A DNA stretch of 64,000 bases from Hemiscyllium ocellatum (taxonomy: Eukaryota): assembly GCF_020745735.1 (NCBI RefSeq), contig NC_083449.1, positions 5,306,923-5,370,922 on the forward strand, given 5' to 3'. Both the position numbers and the translations under genes were made by a program. The notes beneath the pieces are model-generated. The model saw only the letters and a program-made list of their open reading frames with translations, had not been told where the DNA came from and did not search any database. Below, one piece after another: positions 1-13,094 of this stretch (positions are counted from its first letter, which is position 1; every line of letters starts with the position of its first letter).

Positions 1-589
1 GCCAAAGGGCCTGTTCCTTTCCTGTACTTTCCTTTTGTTTATTTCTTTTTCATGGCCCCCATTGACGTGAAAGTAGCTTCCCCGGAAGAAAATGCCTTGT
101 GAAACACAGTTTCCAACATAAAGTTAAGAGGTTTGTTATCTGTACACAGCAGGTACATTGTATCGCTTCTCTGGACGGTGCACTGAATCGAATCAACACC
201 CCTCAACCAATCTGTCTTCTTGCTTCTTACTTCCATAGAATATTCATATAAACGTTTCCGTCCCCTCCATCTTCTTCCTGCGAGGGCTCGCTGAGGTTCA
301 GTCTGGCGTATGTGATACAACAATCATCAAGGTCAGTCTTCGAATCCTGCAATGGAATGATATTGGAATGAAATTGGAATCGAGTGGGAGCAAGAAGCTG
401 AAGGGGAAGGGGAGGTCAGTTGGGGTACGGGTAGCAGTGAGTCTCAGAGGAAAATGGGAATCGCCAGCAGTTCAAGGCCTGCAAGTTAGAAATCTGGCGG
501 CAAAGTGATCATGTCCCTATCTCTGAACCAGGAGGGCAGGGTTCAAGTCCCGCCTGCTCCTGTGGTGAGCCATACGGATATAGAAGCGG

Positions 590-1762
590 GAAGGTGATGC
601 TGGAGTGTGACAGGACTTTGGTGATTCCATGTGTGCTGTTCCAACCTCGGCACTATCATAAGGATGTGATACACTGGACGGGGTCCAGTAATGGTCACCA
701 CATTACAAGAAGGACGTGGAGGATTCAGAGAGGGTGCATAAGAGGTTTACCAGAATGTTGTCTGGAGGGTATGAGCTATAAAGAGAAGCTAGAAAAACTT
801 GGGGAGTTTTCTTCTGAGCAGCAGAGGCTGAGGGCAGACTTAATAGAAGTCTATAAAATTTTTGGCAAGAGTTGTAGCTCAGATTGAGGTTCTGGATCTA
901 GGTTTTCTTGCTGGGCTAGAAGTTCTGTTTTCAGATGTTTTGTCACCGTTCTTGGTAACAATATTCGGATGAAGCACTGGTGGTTTGGCCTGCTTTCTAT
1001 TTATGTGTCCACTACATTGGACAAACAGGCAGAAAACTAGCCACAACTAGCCACAAAAGGACATGACCCACTCTCACTCATATCTTTACATACAGATGAG
1101 GAAGGACACCACTTAGACTGGGAGAACACATCCATCCTAGGAAAGGCCAAACAGAGACACGCATGAGAATTCCCAGAAGCATTCCAACCAGAACTCCATC
1201 ACCACATTGACTTGGATCCAATTTACGACCCCCTGAGAAAATGAACAGGCAATGCTATCACCAACCCAAGGAAAGCTACACACAAATAGAAAGCGGGCCA
1301 TACCTCCAGTGTTTCATCCGGAGGCTCACTGATGATGTTGCCTAGTGTGGTGAGGCAACATCTGACAACAAACCTTCCAGTTCAGCCAGCAAACCTATAT
1401 CCAGAAGTCTATAAAGTTGAGATGCATGGTTAAGGTTGATGGTCAGAATCTTTTTCTACAAGTTGAAATATGTCTAAAGCTAAAAAGCATGCATATAAGG
1501 TGAGATGGGGAAAGTTCAAAGGATACCTAAGGTGCAGTTTCTTTTAACGGAGAGAGTGGTAGGAGTGGAACACACTGCCAGGGGTGGTGATGGAAGCAGA
1601 TACAATGAAGGATTGAAGGGACTTTAAAATAAGCAAACTAACATGCAAGAAATGGAGGCATATGGACCAAGGGCAGGCAGAGGGGATTAATTCCATTTGG
1701 TATCGTATTCGACACAACATCTTGGGCTGAAGGACCCATTCCTGTGCTGTACCGTTCGATGT
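590..1762 (+). mobile_element. CR1 LINE 3' end, degenerate, split by a Penelope insertion
   Basis: Residual CR1 RT C-terminus (SYKEKLEKLGEFSSEQQRLRADLIEVYK) and CR1 3' tail (gggctgaaggacccattcctgtgctgtac). agaagtctataaa occurs on both sides of the insert (~845 and ~1403). Confidence 0.85.
860..1402 (+). mobile_element. Penelope-like element (PLE) fragment with inverted terminal segment
   Basis: ~1075-1185 reads SLISLHTDEEGHHLDWENTSILGKAKQRHA*EFPEA, resembling the PLE endonuclease C-terminus. 890-1008 is an inverted copy of 1280-1405. Degenerate ctgatgatg hammerhead core at ~1329. Confidence 0.75.
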
Positions 1763-1988
1763 TCAGATTTAATGCAATGTATCTTTCGGATGAGGATTCA
1801 CTCAAGTTGATTGGAACTGGGTAGCATTGCATTGAGAATATAGATAAAAAATATAAACTTCTATTTCCTTGGTGGTGTTTGACTCTTGGTTTGAACATGT
1901 CTGTCTGGAAATGGAGCTCAATGTGAACCTGACTCAATCCACTCTGTGACTGGAAAGGATGTTCTTCACTCTGACAGCAGTAACATAC

Positions 1989-2070
1989 CTGCTGTTTGTT
2001 GGAAGCAGCTGGTCACACTTGGCTCTGTACCGAGGGAATATTACATTGTCTTGGTCCTTTGAGTACTTGC
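1989..2070 (-). ncRNA. 82-nt exon-like module, copy 1 (putative lncRNA exon)
   Basis: Minus strand: tcttcctccAG acceptor, 82 nt, CAG|GTATGT donor. Paralogous to six other copies. Confidence 0.6.
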
Positions 2071-2479
2071 CTGGAGGAAGACAGAAGAGATACCTTCTGT
2101 AAATCCACATCAGTTGTGATTGGTAACATCAATGTCACATTCAGTTAGTGATCATTAGGATTTTTTGTTTAAAGCCGGAAATTTAAACAGAACCATGGGT
2201 CTGATTCCACTCCTGCTCCGAGCTGCTCCTTGTCCATTTTTTCTTAAAATTCTAACACCAGTTGAGTGAGATTCAGAAACTAAACAACACCCATACAGCT
2301 CCATGAATGGGGCCATCTGATGCAAGTCAGTATGTGGATATGTGAGTTTAGTTATTGATCTATACCTGTCAGTTCCTGCTTGGTGAATGTGTGGGTGTAG
2401 TTATCAAACTGTAACTTTCAGTATATGGTAAATATATTTACATATTCACACAGCAGGGACTGGTCTGGTCTCATTCATT

Positions 2480-3850
2480 GCCAAAGAACCATAAAAATAG
2501 TACAGCATCGGTGGGGCTGGGCATTCAGCCCATCTTGTCGATGCCAATGCCAACACACTCAGGTGCCCTTTCTCATCCCACTTTCCTGCCACAGCCCGTA
2601 ACCTTGCAGGTTACAATAGTTGAGATGCAGTTCCAGGGAATTTTTGTTTTAAAAATATGTAAGATCTCTGCCTACGCCACCAAATCAGGCAGCGAATTCC
2701 AGATACCCACCACTCTCTCCATTAAAAAAAAACACATTTTTGAACTCACTGTCAAAGGAAACAGGTTCCTCCTGTCTAATGGCTCCCTGTCACTAGTTAG
2801 TTAAAAATCACTCAACACCAGGTTATAGTTCAACAGGTTAATTTGGAAGTGCACACTTTGAGTGCTGCTCCTTCAGGTAGCTCACTCAATAGTACTGTCC
2901 ACCACCAACACCCCCCCCCCCCCCCCTCAACCCCCTCCCCAGTGGGGGTAATGTTCCAGGACCTATGGCGGAAACTCAAAACTGTAGATAGGTGCGAACC
3001 CTTAATTTAAATGGGAAGTATACCTTCCCAGCAGCCTCCTGGATGCTGGCTCTGGAACATTCCCCTTCATGTGTTAAGTGAAACCACGACAACAGGACCT
3101 GCGGGTACAGGGGTCACCCTGTATTCCCTAATCATGGCACCCCTGTTCCAAGGAATACAACCCAAACCTCTCCAATCTCTCCCGATAGCTACAATTCACC
3201 AGCCCTGGCAACATTCTTGTAAATCTCCTCTACACTCTCCCCAGAGCAATAACAATATTCCTGTTGTAGCCACCAGTGCCTCATATAGTTTCATTATTAT
3301 TTCCCTATTTTTGTATTCACCCCTCTGCCAATGAGGGACAGCATTACATATGCCTTCTTTACAGCCCCTTCTATCTTTAGGGACCTGTGCACTTGCTCAC
3401 TAAGATCTCTCACTTCACCTGCCCCCTCAGTACATTCCCATTTCTTGTCTATTCCCATTTACTCTCTGACTTCCCAAAATGCATTCCCTCATACTTATCA
3501 GAGCTGAACTCCATCTGCCACTTTCCTGCCCACTCCACCAACCATCTATAGAGTTTAGGAGCTTACAGCTATCCTCCACACTATCCACTACATGGCCAAT
3601 TTTTGTGTCATCTGCAAATTTCACAAATTTGCCCAACGTATGCAACTCCAAATCATTAATGGATTAAACAAACAGCAGACGTCCCAACACTGAGCCGTGC
3701 AGAGCACCTCTTGTAACAGCTTTCCATTCACAAGGGCCACCATTGACCATTATCCTTTCTTTCCTGTGATGGAGCCAACTTTGGATTCAATTCAACACAT
3801 TACCCTGTATCCCTCGGGGTATTACTTCTTGGAGCAGTCTGCTGTGATGC
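2480..3850 (-). mobile_element. CR1 LINE RT/3' fragment, interrupted
   Basis: Minus ORF contains KFADDTKIGHVVDSVED (CR1 RT FADD motif). 3' tail-like sequence near 2490-2540. Confidence 0.8.
2893..3123. mobile_element. Possible pogo/Tigger-type MITE
   Basis: Short insert inside a CR1, ending cctgcgggtacaggggtcaccctgta (TA-flanked, Tigger/MER2-like end). The other end is degenerate, with a poly-C run. Confidence 0.4.
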
Positions 3851-3869
3851 TGCTGCTGCTCCTTTAACA

Positions 3870-6410
3870 AGCTTGTAAAAGACGCAGGTTCCAAAAAGTC
3901 AGAGTTGATGGGTTTTAGGGACATTTTAATTGTAGCTAACAGGTAATGCCTCAGGCAAAAGGCTTCCACATTTTTAAAAAGAACACTTGTACAATGAAAG
4001 GGGAGTCACCCAGTTTTCCCAGCTCCGCTTTTCTCTGGTTTGATTCGGCTTTTGGCTGTCTGGCTATTGACTGAAAGCAGTCAGGCAGTTGAAAAGGTTG
4101 CTGAACCCGAAGAAGCCGGTCCATGCTGGTACTCTCTCTCTGACATCTCTCCTGTAAGATCCTGTGTTTGATTTTACCTTTTGTGCCAAAGGGTGTTTGT
4201 GGGGATTGTTGTAAATGTTGGGAACACCATCAATAAGTTGGTCTAATCAGTTACTTTTTGGATTTTTAAGTTGTTTAGTATTCTGTTCTCTTTTGTTTGT
4301 GTATCATTCAGTAAATTTGTAAATTAAACTATTTGGTTTAAAACTACTGGTTTGACCAGCTGCACCATCCTGGAATATCTTCGTTACACCCACTTAAAAC
4401 AATGTGCAAAGTTAGGGTCTGGGTTACTTTCTTGAAATGTTTGGAGTGGGGGGTGGGGATGGGGGTCAGGCCTTTTCTATAACAGATTGGGGGCTGTTTG
4501 CAGAATTTATTCTCTAGTTCTGATTTGGGATTTGGTTTGTTGGACTGACAGGCAGCAAGTGGTAAGCATTAGCGTCTTTTGTTCCGAGTGTTGAATTTAA
4601 TTGGTTTAAACAGTACTTGGAGGAAGTGAGGACTGCAGATGCTGGAGATCAGAGAATAGAGTGTGGTGCTGGAAAAGCACAGCAGGTCAGGCAGCATCTG
4701 GGGAGGAGGAGAATCAATGTTTTGGGCATCAGCCCTTCATCAGGAAACAGTGTTTGGGATAGCAATGGCTCTTTGAGTCATCAAGAGTTTTCTGGGGGTG
4801 GAAGAAGTGACTTCAGACTTTTGCAAAAAGTGATTAATGCCAAGCTGCTGGAATTAGCCGACAAGCTGGAGCTCAACCTGCCTCATTCCACAAGGAAAAG
4901 GGCAACAATGATATTAATAACTCAACACTTAAATTTGCTGGAAATGCCATCAGAAGCTTTAGAGATGGCTAACATTCAATTGAAAATGAATTGAGTTAGA
5001 GGCAAAAGTCAAGGAAAGGGCAACAGAAATGAAACAGTTTGAATTACGATTAAAAGCAGAAAAGAAGGAGAAGGAAAAGAAAAGGAAAGAGAGGAAAAGA
5101 AGAAAGAGGGAGTTTGAACTGTGGAAATTAGCACTTAGACAGGAGTTCAAAAATTCACTTCCTGAAGTAATGAGAACTCATGTGGAAGAGCAGAGAGTTA
5201 AACCAGCAAGACTGGCATCAGAAATGGCTGATGATTGAGTTGATCAATAAATCAAAATTGGGCAGCCAAAATCAGTTTCAATCCATGAGGGATAATAATT
5301 GTGGGTAAGACAAATTCTCACATGGAAAGGGGAAAGTAGATCTCTGTAAAGATCATAAGGATGATTTACTACAGGGGGAAAAGGAAACCCTTGAAGGGGA
5401 AAGAGAAGTGAAAAAGCTCTGATGTTTTCAATAAAGTAGGCCACATGAAATCAGTGTTGATGGGTTAGGGAAAGCACCAAGAAGCCAGAAGTCAGGATAA
5501 GCCAGTGAATTTTGTTGGAGTGGTAACAGAGAGTACTGTGGAGACTAGAAAGCTGCACCAGAATGTACAAGCTGGTTGGAGGTTTTTTATGGAGGAAATG
5601 CCAGGTCTTCTTAAACCATACACCGTGAAGGTAAAGTTTACTCGCATAGGCCAGGCACAGCAGATAAAGAGGTAACAATATTCAGAGATACAAGGATCCT
5701 CTCAATCTGTGATGCTAAAAGATGAGGATATATGTATCTCGGAAGGACTATTGCCAGAAAAGGTACGAGTAACGGGAATTCACATTGACATAAGAAATGC
5801 TCAATTGTCAGAAGTGAGGTTAGAGTGTCAAGTGAAGAGGGGAGAAGTCATAGTAGGAGTACTGGACAAACTATCAGCTCCAGGAATACCATTGGTCCAT
5901 GCTAATGATGTTGCTAATTCACTGGTAGGAGTGCTGCCTACTGTGGTTGAAAAGCCAATGGAAATTCCAGCAACTGAACTATTGCAGGACACGTATCCTG
6001 GGATGTTTCCTGACTGTGTGGTAACGAGGTCACAAAGTCACCAGTTGAAACAGGAAAGATCAAAGAGTCAGATAAGAAAGTTGAAGGGAAATTAGCAGAG
6101 ACCCTGTTTGATCAGATGGCTGAGACAAACCAGGAACAGATAGATTACAAAGCGGACACTTTAGCTCAGGTAAATTAATTGAGTTACAGCAGAAAGTTGA
6201 AAATTTAAAGCAATTGTATCATAAGGCAAACACAAATGAATCCAAATGTGTCCCTGATTGTTATTATCTTAAAAATGATGTCTTAATGAGGAAATGGAGA
6301 CCATCACATAATCAGGCAGATGAGAAATGGGCAGACGTTTGTCAAGCTGTATTGCCAGTGGGTTATAGAAAGGATGTGTTGCAAGTAGTGCTTGAGCTAT
6401 CTGCATAGAT
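3870..6410 (+). mobile_element. Truncated Ty3/Gypsy LTR retrotransposon, Gmr1-like gene order
   Basis: LTR-like end ...taaca (~4483) followed by a tRNA-Pro-like PBS ttgggggct. Gag remnants (LELADKLELNLP, charged coiled coil, decayed zinc knuckle ~5422). Protease-like IFRDT at ~5678. CYYLKNDVLMRKWRP...LPVGYRKDVL (pre-integrase region) follows with no RT in between. Confidence 0.75.
4617..4744 (-). mobile_element. PLE-derived short insertion inside the Gypsy element
   Basis: Same family as 49998-50198; flanked by an aaacagt duplication; hammerhead core mutated. Confidence 0.7.
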
Positions 6411-8074
6411 TGTCTGCTTGAAATTCACATTATTTAAGTGTCATCTCTATATGTGACAACTATTCAGTAAATGATTAATTCTGTCCTTATCAGTCACAGA
6501 TGAACTCCATGTAAATATGCTTCATCCCAGTTGGAGAATTTGAACTTTAGGCAGAGGTTGAACAGGCTGGAACTGTATTCCCTGGAGAGTGACCTTATAA
6601 AAGTTTATAAAATCATAAGGCCCATGGAGAAGTGGAGGAGCCTGGTAAAATTACAACATTTAAAACGCATCTGAGTGGGTATAATGAGAAAGCCTTAAAA
6701 CATGTCCTTTAATACTTAGACTAAATGTAATGTTGAATTATAGAACACAAGAACATCAACAGGGCAGGCAAGGAGGCATCAGGCCACAAAAGGGGGAACC
6801 TAGGATGTGCAGAAGGTAAAAAAAAATCTGTTCTCACCAAGTGATAACAGGATGCTCTAAAGCAATTAAGAACATTTGCCTTAACATCAATGAATCTATG
6901 TAAAAAAAAAAGACACAGTGATAACATTCACAGTTGTTAACTTATGAATTTAATGACAGTGTTTGATTGTGATCTCGGAAACTTTGTATCATCTCAGAAG
7001 CATGTCAAAAGCCTTGCAATAAACAGTCAGGTCCTACCAATTATAATGGATTCTTATTACATGTATGTGTATGTGGAGAGGGGGAGAGAGAAAGAGAGAG
7101 AGAGAGATGAATGTTTTGAATTTCTTTGCATTTTTAGACTTCATGATGATTTTGAGTAGCCATTGCTGATTATGAAATGCAAACTCTAAAGTGCAATATT
7201 GATGACGCTTTAGCTTACTTGGTGTTCGTACACGCCAGGACTGCCCCACTGTCAATTCTAACTCGTCAGATCTTCTGTCTTCTTTGAATTTGGATCACAA
7301 CCCTGAAAAGAAAGCATGTTTAATTTGGGATTAATGAATAATTTAAAATGTAACCTTTCAGCCTCAGGTACAGAATGATTCTGTATTTAAGATAAAAAGC
7401 AGGAGTCTGCTCCTAGCTTAAAAACTATTCTAAACTGATCATTGAAGAGATTCTGACACAATCTGTCAGAAAGCCATTATAGTCAAAGCTTGCCCTCCTC
7501 ACTAAGATGCCATTTTGTAAAACAATGAAATATGACCTTATGCCCTCTCCCACTTAGTTTAGACTGGTACCTCTTCATGATAGGGACTTACCTCACCAAC
7601 AGGCAGTGACTCGGCTAGATCTGTTTCTCCCACTTGATGGATGGCTAAGGGCCTACAGGAGTGATCAGTTAAGCGCATGCAGACCTGTTCATTAACTTCT
7701 CTTCCTTACGATTTGTTGCTTTTCCACGGTCTGTCTAATTAAGAACATGCAGTGTTTTTTGTAAACGTTTGGAAAAAGGAAGCCAGTTTGAGACAGAAGA
7801 GTGGAGTAGTCTGTGAGGACTTTTAAAGGAAGAGCTCGTATCCTACTTTTCTAGGGTTTTAGAACCTCTGCTAGCCTGGCTTATAGGTGTCAATGTTATG
7901 TTGTAACACTGATACGATTGGTAAATAAAGGGGAAGGCTAAAATTAAACTAAACTGCTGTAAGAGGTTTTTATTCCAGACTACCAAAGAATATGATCTCC
8001 CGGACAAAGCAAGTGAGGCTGATAGGTCTGAGTCCGTAAGGGATTCCCCAGGCTGTCTCAAATCTGTACTTTAA

Positions 8075-8210
8075 CAATAGGAATAGGAAGGGTTTAGAGG
8101 GAGATGGGCTAAATGTTGCCAAAAGGGACTAGATTAGGTTAGGATACCTGGTTGGCATGGACAAGTTGGACCGAAGGGTCTGTTTCCATGCTATACGTCT
8201 CTATGACTCG
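8075..8210 (+). mobile_element. CR1 3' terminal fragment
   Basis: aataggaagggtttagaggg...ggaccgaagggtctgtttccatgctatacgtctctatgactc matches the CR1 end at ~59150-59270. Confidence 0.85.
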
Positions 8211-8457
8211 ACGACTCTTCGGTAACTCTTGCCCTGTCGGTGAGCACAGTTTCCCTCCATCTCTGTACTTAACCCCTCCTTCATGGATGCTTGTTGAAAC
8301 GATGCAACAATGTGGCCTATTTGTCTACCTTCGTTGTAACTTTGAAAATGCTCTTAATAATAGCAGATTTTAATGCTGTTCCTTCATGTCTATTTTGGAT
8401 GAGGATTCAGTTTATCTATCTTCAACACTGGTGTGTAAACGTCAATGGGCTACATAC

Positions 8458-8539
8458 CTTCTGTTTGTTAGAGGCAGCTGGTCACTCTGTGCTTTGAACT
8501 GAGGAAGTATTACAGCGTCTTAGTCCCTCAGGTGTTTTT
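8458..8539 (-). ncRNA. 82-nt exon-like module, copy 2
   Basis: tcttcctccAG acceptor, 82 nt, AAG|GTATGT donor; ~0.9 kb downstream of promoter core 1. Confidence 0.6.
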
Positions 8540-9139
8540 CTGGAGGAAGATACAGAAACATCACCTGTAAATGAACATGAGGCCAGCCTGATAATATTGA
8601 ACTGATCAATGTCACAGTCATTGCATCTTCATTGGGATTTGCATTGCTTTTTTCTTTAATCTTAGTCAGAACCACGGATCTGATTCCATTATTCCCCTAA
8701 GCTGCTCCTTGTCTGGAGATTGTGTTTGTTTTTCATTTGATTCAATACCAATTGATTTGGAGCTGCTGGTGTTGGACTGGGGTGTACAATGTTAAAATCA
8801 CACAACACGAGGTGCTTCCAAAAAAAACCTGTTGGACGAGAACCTGGTGTTGTGTGGTTTTTAACTTGATACCAATTGAGTAAGATCCAGAAACTGAGCA
8901 ACAACTGCCCAGCACCATGAATGGGAATACTCAACTACCAGCAGGCTTACACAGTTCAACATCCAACTCCCCAACTACCTGTTGGAAATAGGAAAAACGG
9001 CGGTATTTCTAATGATTTTATCAAGACCCCAGTGTATGTCCTTTTGCTAGAGTATCACATTCCTAGTTGGTCCACACAACCTCAAGGAACAGCGGGAAAC
9101 AGAATTAACTTAAAACAGGGTTCAGAGGATTGTAAACCC

Positions 9140-9512
9140 CAAGAATGTCCCACAGCAGTTTCTTCCCGCTCTGCCTCCCTCAGCAGGCCCACACACAGCC
9201 CGAGAAAGGCCTCTCTCTTCCCCCCCCCCCAGCCCAGTCACTCCAAGTTCCGGGACCAGTTCCTGCTCCGCTCGGCCTCTTACAAACAGCCCCCGGTTCT
9301 CCCTGAACTCACCCCGAATCAATCCCGGTCTCGGAGCCCCCTCTGTGTCCCAGGCTCCCATCCCGATGTGCTGCTGGAAGGAGCCTGCTGTTCCCTCGCT
9401 TCCCTGGGCGCTGATCTCTCCATTGCGGTCTGTTTCAAACAAACCTCTTGCACTCACTGAGTAAATGCTCCTCAATGGCAGCGCTGGGGGAGGGCCTCAC
9501 GCATGCGCTCCT
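9140..9512 (-). promoter_or_regulatory. GC-rich promoter/first-exon core, copy 1 of 4
   Basis: NRF1-type palindrome acgcatgcgc 9499-9508, GCCATT 9474-9479 (minus), CA|GTGAGT donor 9452-9457. Near-identical to copies at ~22.8, 34.9 and 50.9 kb. Confidence 0.65.
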
Positions 9513-9610
9513 CTGGACAGGGACAGGTAGCTTTGGGAAGAAAAGGTTCCGTCCCAGATACAGTTGGGGCTGGAGTGAGCTTTTCCAGCACCACTCTAAT
9601 CCAGAAATCC

Positions 9611-9655
9611 GCTCTGAAACGCCAGGGTCGCACTCTCTATGGATTCGGCGGCTGA
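9611..9655 (+). pseudogene. H4: Histone H4 3' remnant (last 14 codons plus stop)
   Basis: gct ctg aaa cgc cag ggt cgc act ctc tat gga ttc ggc ggc tga = ALKRQGRTLYGFGG*, the invariant H4 C-terminus. The upstream part of the gene is absent. Confidence 0.95.
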
Positions 9656-9687
9656 GTATAAAGCGACCCTTTTATGGCGAATCCAAA

Positions 9688-9728
9688 GGCTCTTTTCAGA
9701 GCCACCCAAACCCACCGAGAGAGAGCGG
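9688..9728 (+). terminator. Histone stem-loop + HDE of the H4 remnant
   Basis: ccaaa GGCTCT TTTC AGAGCC accca at 9688-9703, then purine-rich gagagagagcgg. Confidence 0.95.
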
Positions 9729-10785
9729 AGGAGACCTGAGGACGGGGAAGGCATCGCATACGAAGGGCACGGTGTGATGTTGCCAGTTATTTCACATATA
9801 TCGCAATTTTAAAATTATTTCGATTCCAAAAAATGTCCTAATACCTTGTTTTGCGGTACGGCAGCGAACATTCAGAATGGTCGGTTCACTTTGTTGCTGC
9901 CTACCGTGGCCAATGATTTTACCGTGGCAAGTATTCCTCCAGTATAGCTAAGAAGCTATTCGGCCAATCGAGACTCTACTGTTCTGCAACCCGGTCAGTC
10001 CATGGAAAGAATCGCGTCGTCATTTGTAATTGTAAGATACAGCAGCATTAGGCCATTCTGCCCATCCAGTTTGTTCTTCCATTCGATCATGGCTGATATT
10101 TCTCAAACTTACTCTCGTGTCTGCTCCCCGTAACCTTCGTTCCTCTTTCTCGGGAAGACCTGTCGAGCTCGGTAATAATATCAATGCGTACTTGGCTGTC
10201 CATGCCATGAATAGTAATTTGTAAAAACTTATTTTGGAATCCAGACATTAATGTTACATATTGCAGTATTCATATTTCCGAGGCATGATATTCGGCTCAG
10301 TTTTGTTTCTAGGAGCCTGTGGACATGTTATCTTGCTCGGTCATTCCATCTGCCCGTTCAGGCAGCGATTACAAATCGTCTTCGGGCAAGTAATCTGGAT
10401 GAAATAAAAATGTTTTGATAAAGTGTGGTTCTGTAATTTTATCCGTGTACACTGTATTAACTTTTAAGGTGTTTCAATCGGCGGGCTTTCGATTGATTCA
10501 CGGCAGATATGAGTTCGGTTGCTCATCCTGAGAGAGCAGGAAGCAATAGGCGACATTCGTATTTCTATCAGAAGTTAGCATTTCTATTGGCAGTGAATTT
10601 GCAACTAATGAATCTTCATTCAGGGATTGCGGAATGTCTGAAAATATAGTAATAAGAAATGTGATTTTAACATCAAATCTTAGTATTGCGTTAGATATTT
10701 CTGGAAAATCTCCATCTCCTCATTGACTCCCTTTGCGTTAACATGGCTTGGGGTGAGGTGGAGGCAGGAGAGAAAAGGGGAAAAA

Positions 10786-10833
10786 TGGCGCCAAGAGATC
10801 AACGGCTTATTTTCAAATTTGAAAATGCCCGCC
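10786..10833 (+). promoter_or_regulatory. Composite E2F/MYB/CHR-like element, copy A
   Basis: tggcgccaa-gagat-caacgg-ctta-ttttcaaatttgaaaa-tg-cccgcc. Confidence 0.55.
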
Positions 10834-11286
10834 ATCACCTATAAAAAAGCAGGAGGTTATCCAGAGGAGCATGCACGACTACGTACACGTTCATTGCTTT
10901 TTCGATTACGAAACTAAAGTTCAGACAATCTCACTTTACCTCATTCCCGCCTTTACAGCTGAAAAATGCCTTAGTGGTGTTCAATCTGCTCGCTCTCTCT
11001 CTCTCCCCAGAGGGAGGGGATAAAAGACTGAATATGAAGCGCGCAGAGGGTCAGGAACCATTCCTTACTATATTCTGCAGCGACTGACTCGTTACTGCAC
11101 TATTCTTCCTACTGCACTGAAAGGCAATGTGAATGTAATGTGAGGTCAAACCCGATCGGGGACATTCATGGCGCCATTCTAAACTCATAGGACATCCAAA
11201 GAAATGGAGTGTGGAATTAATTATGTCCGGCACAAAGGTGAGGGCTCTCCCCATTAAGAGGAAAACAATCAACCTGACAGCGAGTT

Positions 11287-11328
11287 TAGCTCCTTTCACT
11301 GATGCTGTGAGCGGCTCTTAAAAGAGCC
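11287..11328 (-). terminator. H2A stem-loop + HDE
   Basis: Minus: cccaaa GGCTCT TTTA AGAGCC (11313-11328), then aaaggagct HDE at ~11288-11296. Confidence 0.92.
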
Positions 11329-11358
11329 TTTGGGTTGTCAGATTCAAGAATGATCCCT

Positions 11359-11912
<554 letters not shown>

Positions 11913-11944
11913 GAGAGGGCCCGGGGAGGAGGGCGGAAAGTACC

Positions 11945-11992
11945 GGCGCCAAATCATCAACCGCTTTTTTTCAAATTTGAAAAGCCCGCCAA
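11945..11992 (+). promoter_or_regulatory. Composite E2F/MYB/CHR-like element, copy B (H2A upstream)
   Basis: ggcgccaaa-tcat-caaccg-cttt-ttttcaaatttgaaaa-g-cccgccaa, ~200 bp upstream of the H2A ATG. Confidence 0.6.
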
Positions 11993-13007
11993 TTTCCAAA
12001 CAAAGGATTATGTTTCACACTAAGAAATGAAGTACAAAAAACTGAGTAAATTTAAAAAACATTAATACTCAAGTTAAATTTACTTTGTTTACAAATGTAT
12101 ACTTCACACGGTCTTACTCTCCCTCATTTGCCGATCTGTATTTGTCCATTTCTGATCTTGAGAGTGGGTTTTTATTAAACCTTGAAAATTGGCTGAAACA
12201 AAACGAGCCAAACACTGCCGCCTGCGACCTATCTTTTCACTTCACATTTCAATAACACCCCGGCATGCTGATAAATCAGCACACAACATTCTTCCGGCTC
12301 AGTATCAATGGCGAACACGATGTTTAGACGATTTTTAGAAATTGTCCTCCCTTATCGGTCTCGATCAGATTCAGCAAAAATCTCCAGATTTCACATTTAA
12401 GTCCGGCAGCTGTTTTGGTGTTCTCTCGGTTCAATTTGAAAGCCTCTCACCGACAGCAGAAAGTGCTTTGCTTTTTGTATTCTGAAAAATCGGATTAAAT
12501 CCGCGCATTGTCTATGCTTTTAAAAAAGGGTAAAATACATCAAGTCATGGGACTGTAAGCTGTGGGCCCTTCCGTTTGGTTTGCCAGGGTTAAAATTGTG
12601 TTATCATTCCACCAAGGCCGTTCGCAACTTGAACAGTTAAAGGTGAAAAATGACTCCATCAATCTGCTCTCTCTCTCTCTAGAGTTTATGAAGTCGTCAA
12701 ATCGTCAATTTGCAACGCACTTATAAAAATGACCCACCGGTGCTTAATGTGCTGTCTTTCTACTGACAGGGAAAGGAACTGTTTGTGAGGTATTTACATC
12801 TCCATACCCTCTCTCACCAAATTGTAAAGCAATTATAAAAGCGGATGCAGTAAGCTAAAATACCTTATCAAGAATCCCATTCAAACTAAAACAAACAGTT
12901 CTTTAAAAAATGGTTCATACCGCAGTTAGGCGGTAGTGGGGGGGGGGGGTGGAATTAAAAAAAAGAGGATACTTCATGTTTTCTATAAGAGAAAAAATAA
13001 ATAAATA

Positions 13008-13051
13008 GTTCAGCTGTCTCGCGGGAGTTGTGGGTGGCTCTTACAAGAGCC
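13008..13051 (-). terminator. H2B stem-loop + HDE
   Basis: Minus: cccaaa GGCTCT TGTA AGAGCC accca (13036-13051), HDE-like gagacagctg. Confidence 0.92.
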
Positions 13052-13094
13052 TTTGGGTTGTGGACTTATGTTCGTTTCAGTACAGTGCGGTCCT

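Noticed and set aside
39-323. 94-aa minus-strand ORF at the window start
   Set aside because: No recognisable domain or gene context; the length is compatible with chance.
7250-8060. Possible LTR or regulatory block
   Set aside because: Composition is suggestive, but I could not identify termini, a TSD or a second copy in the window.
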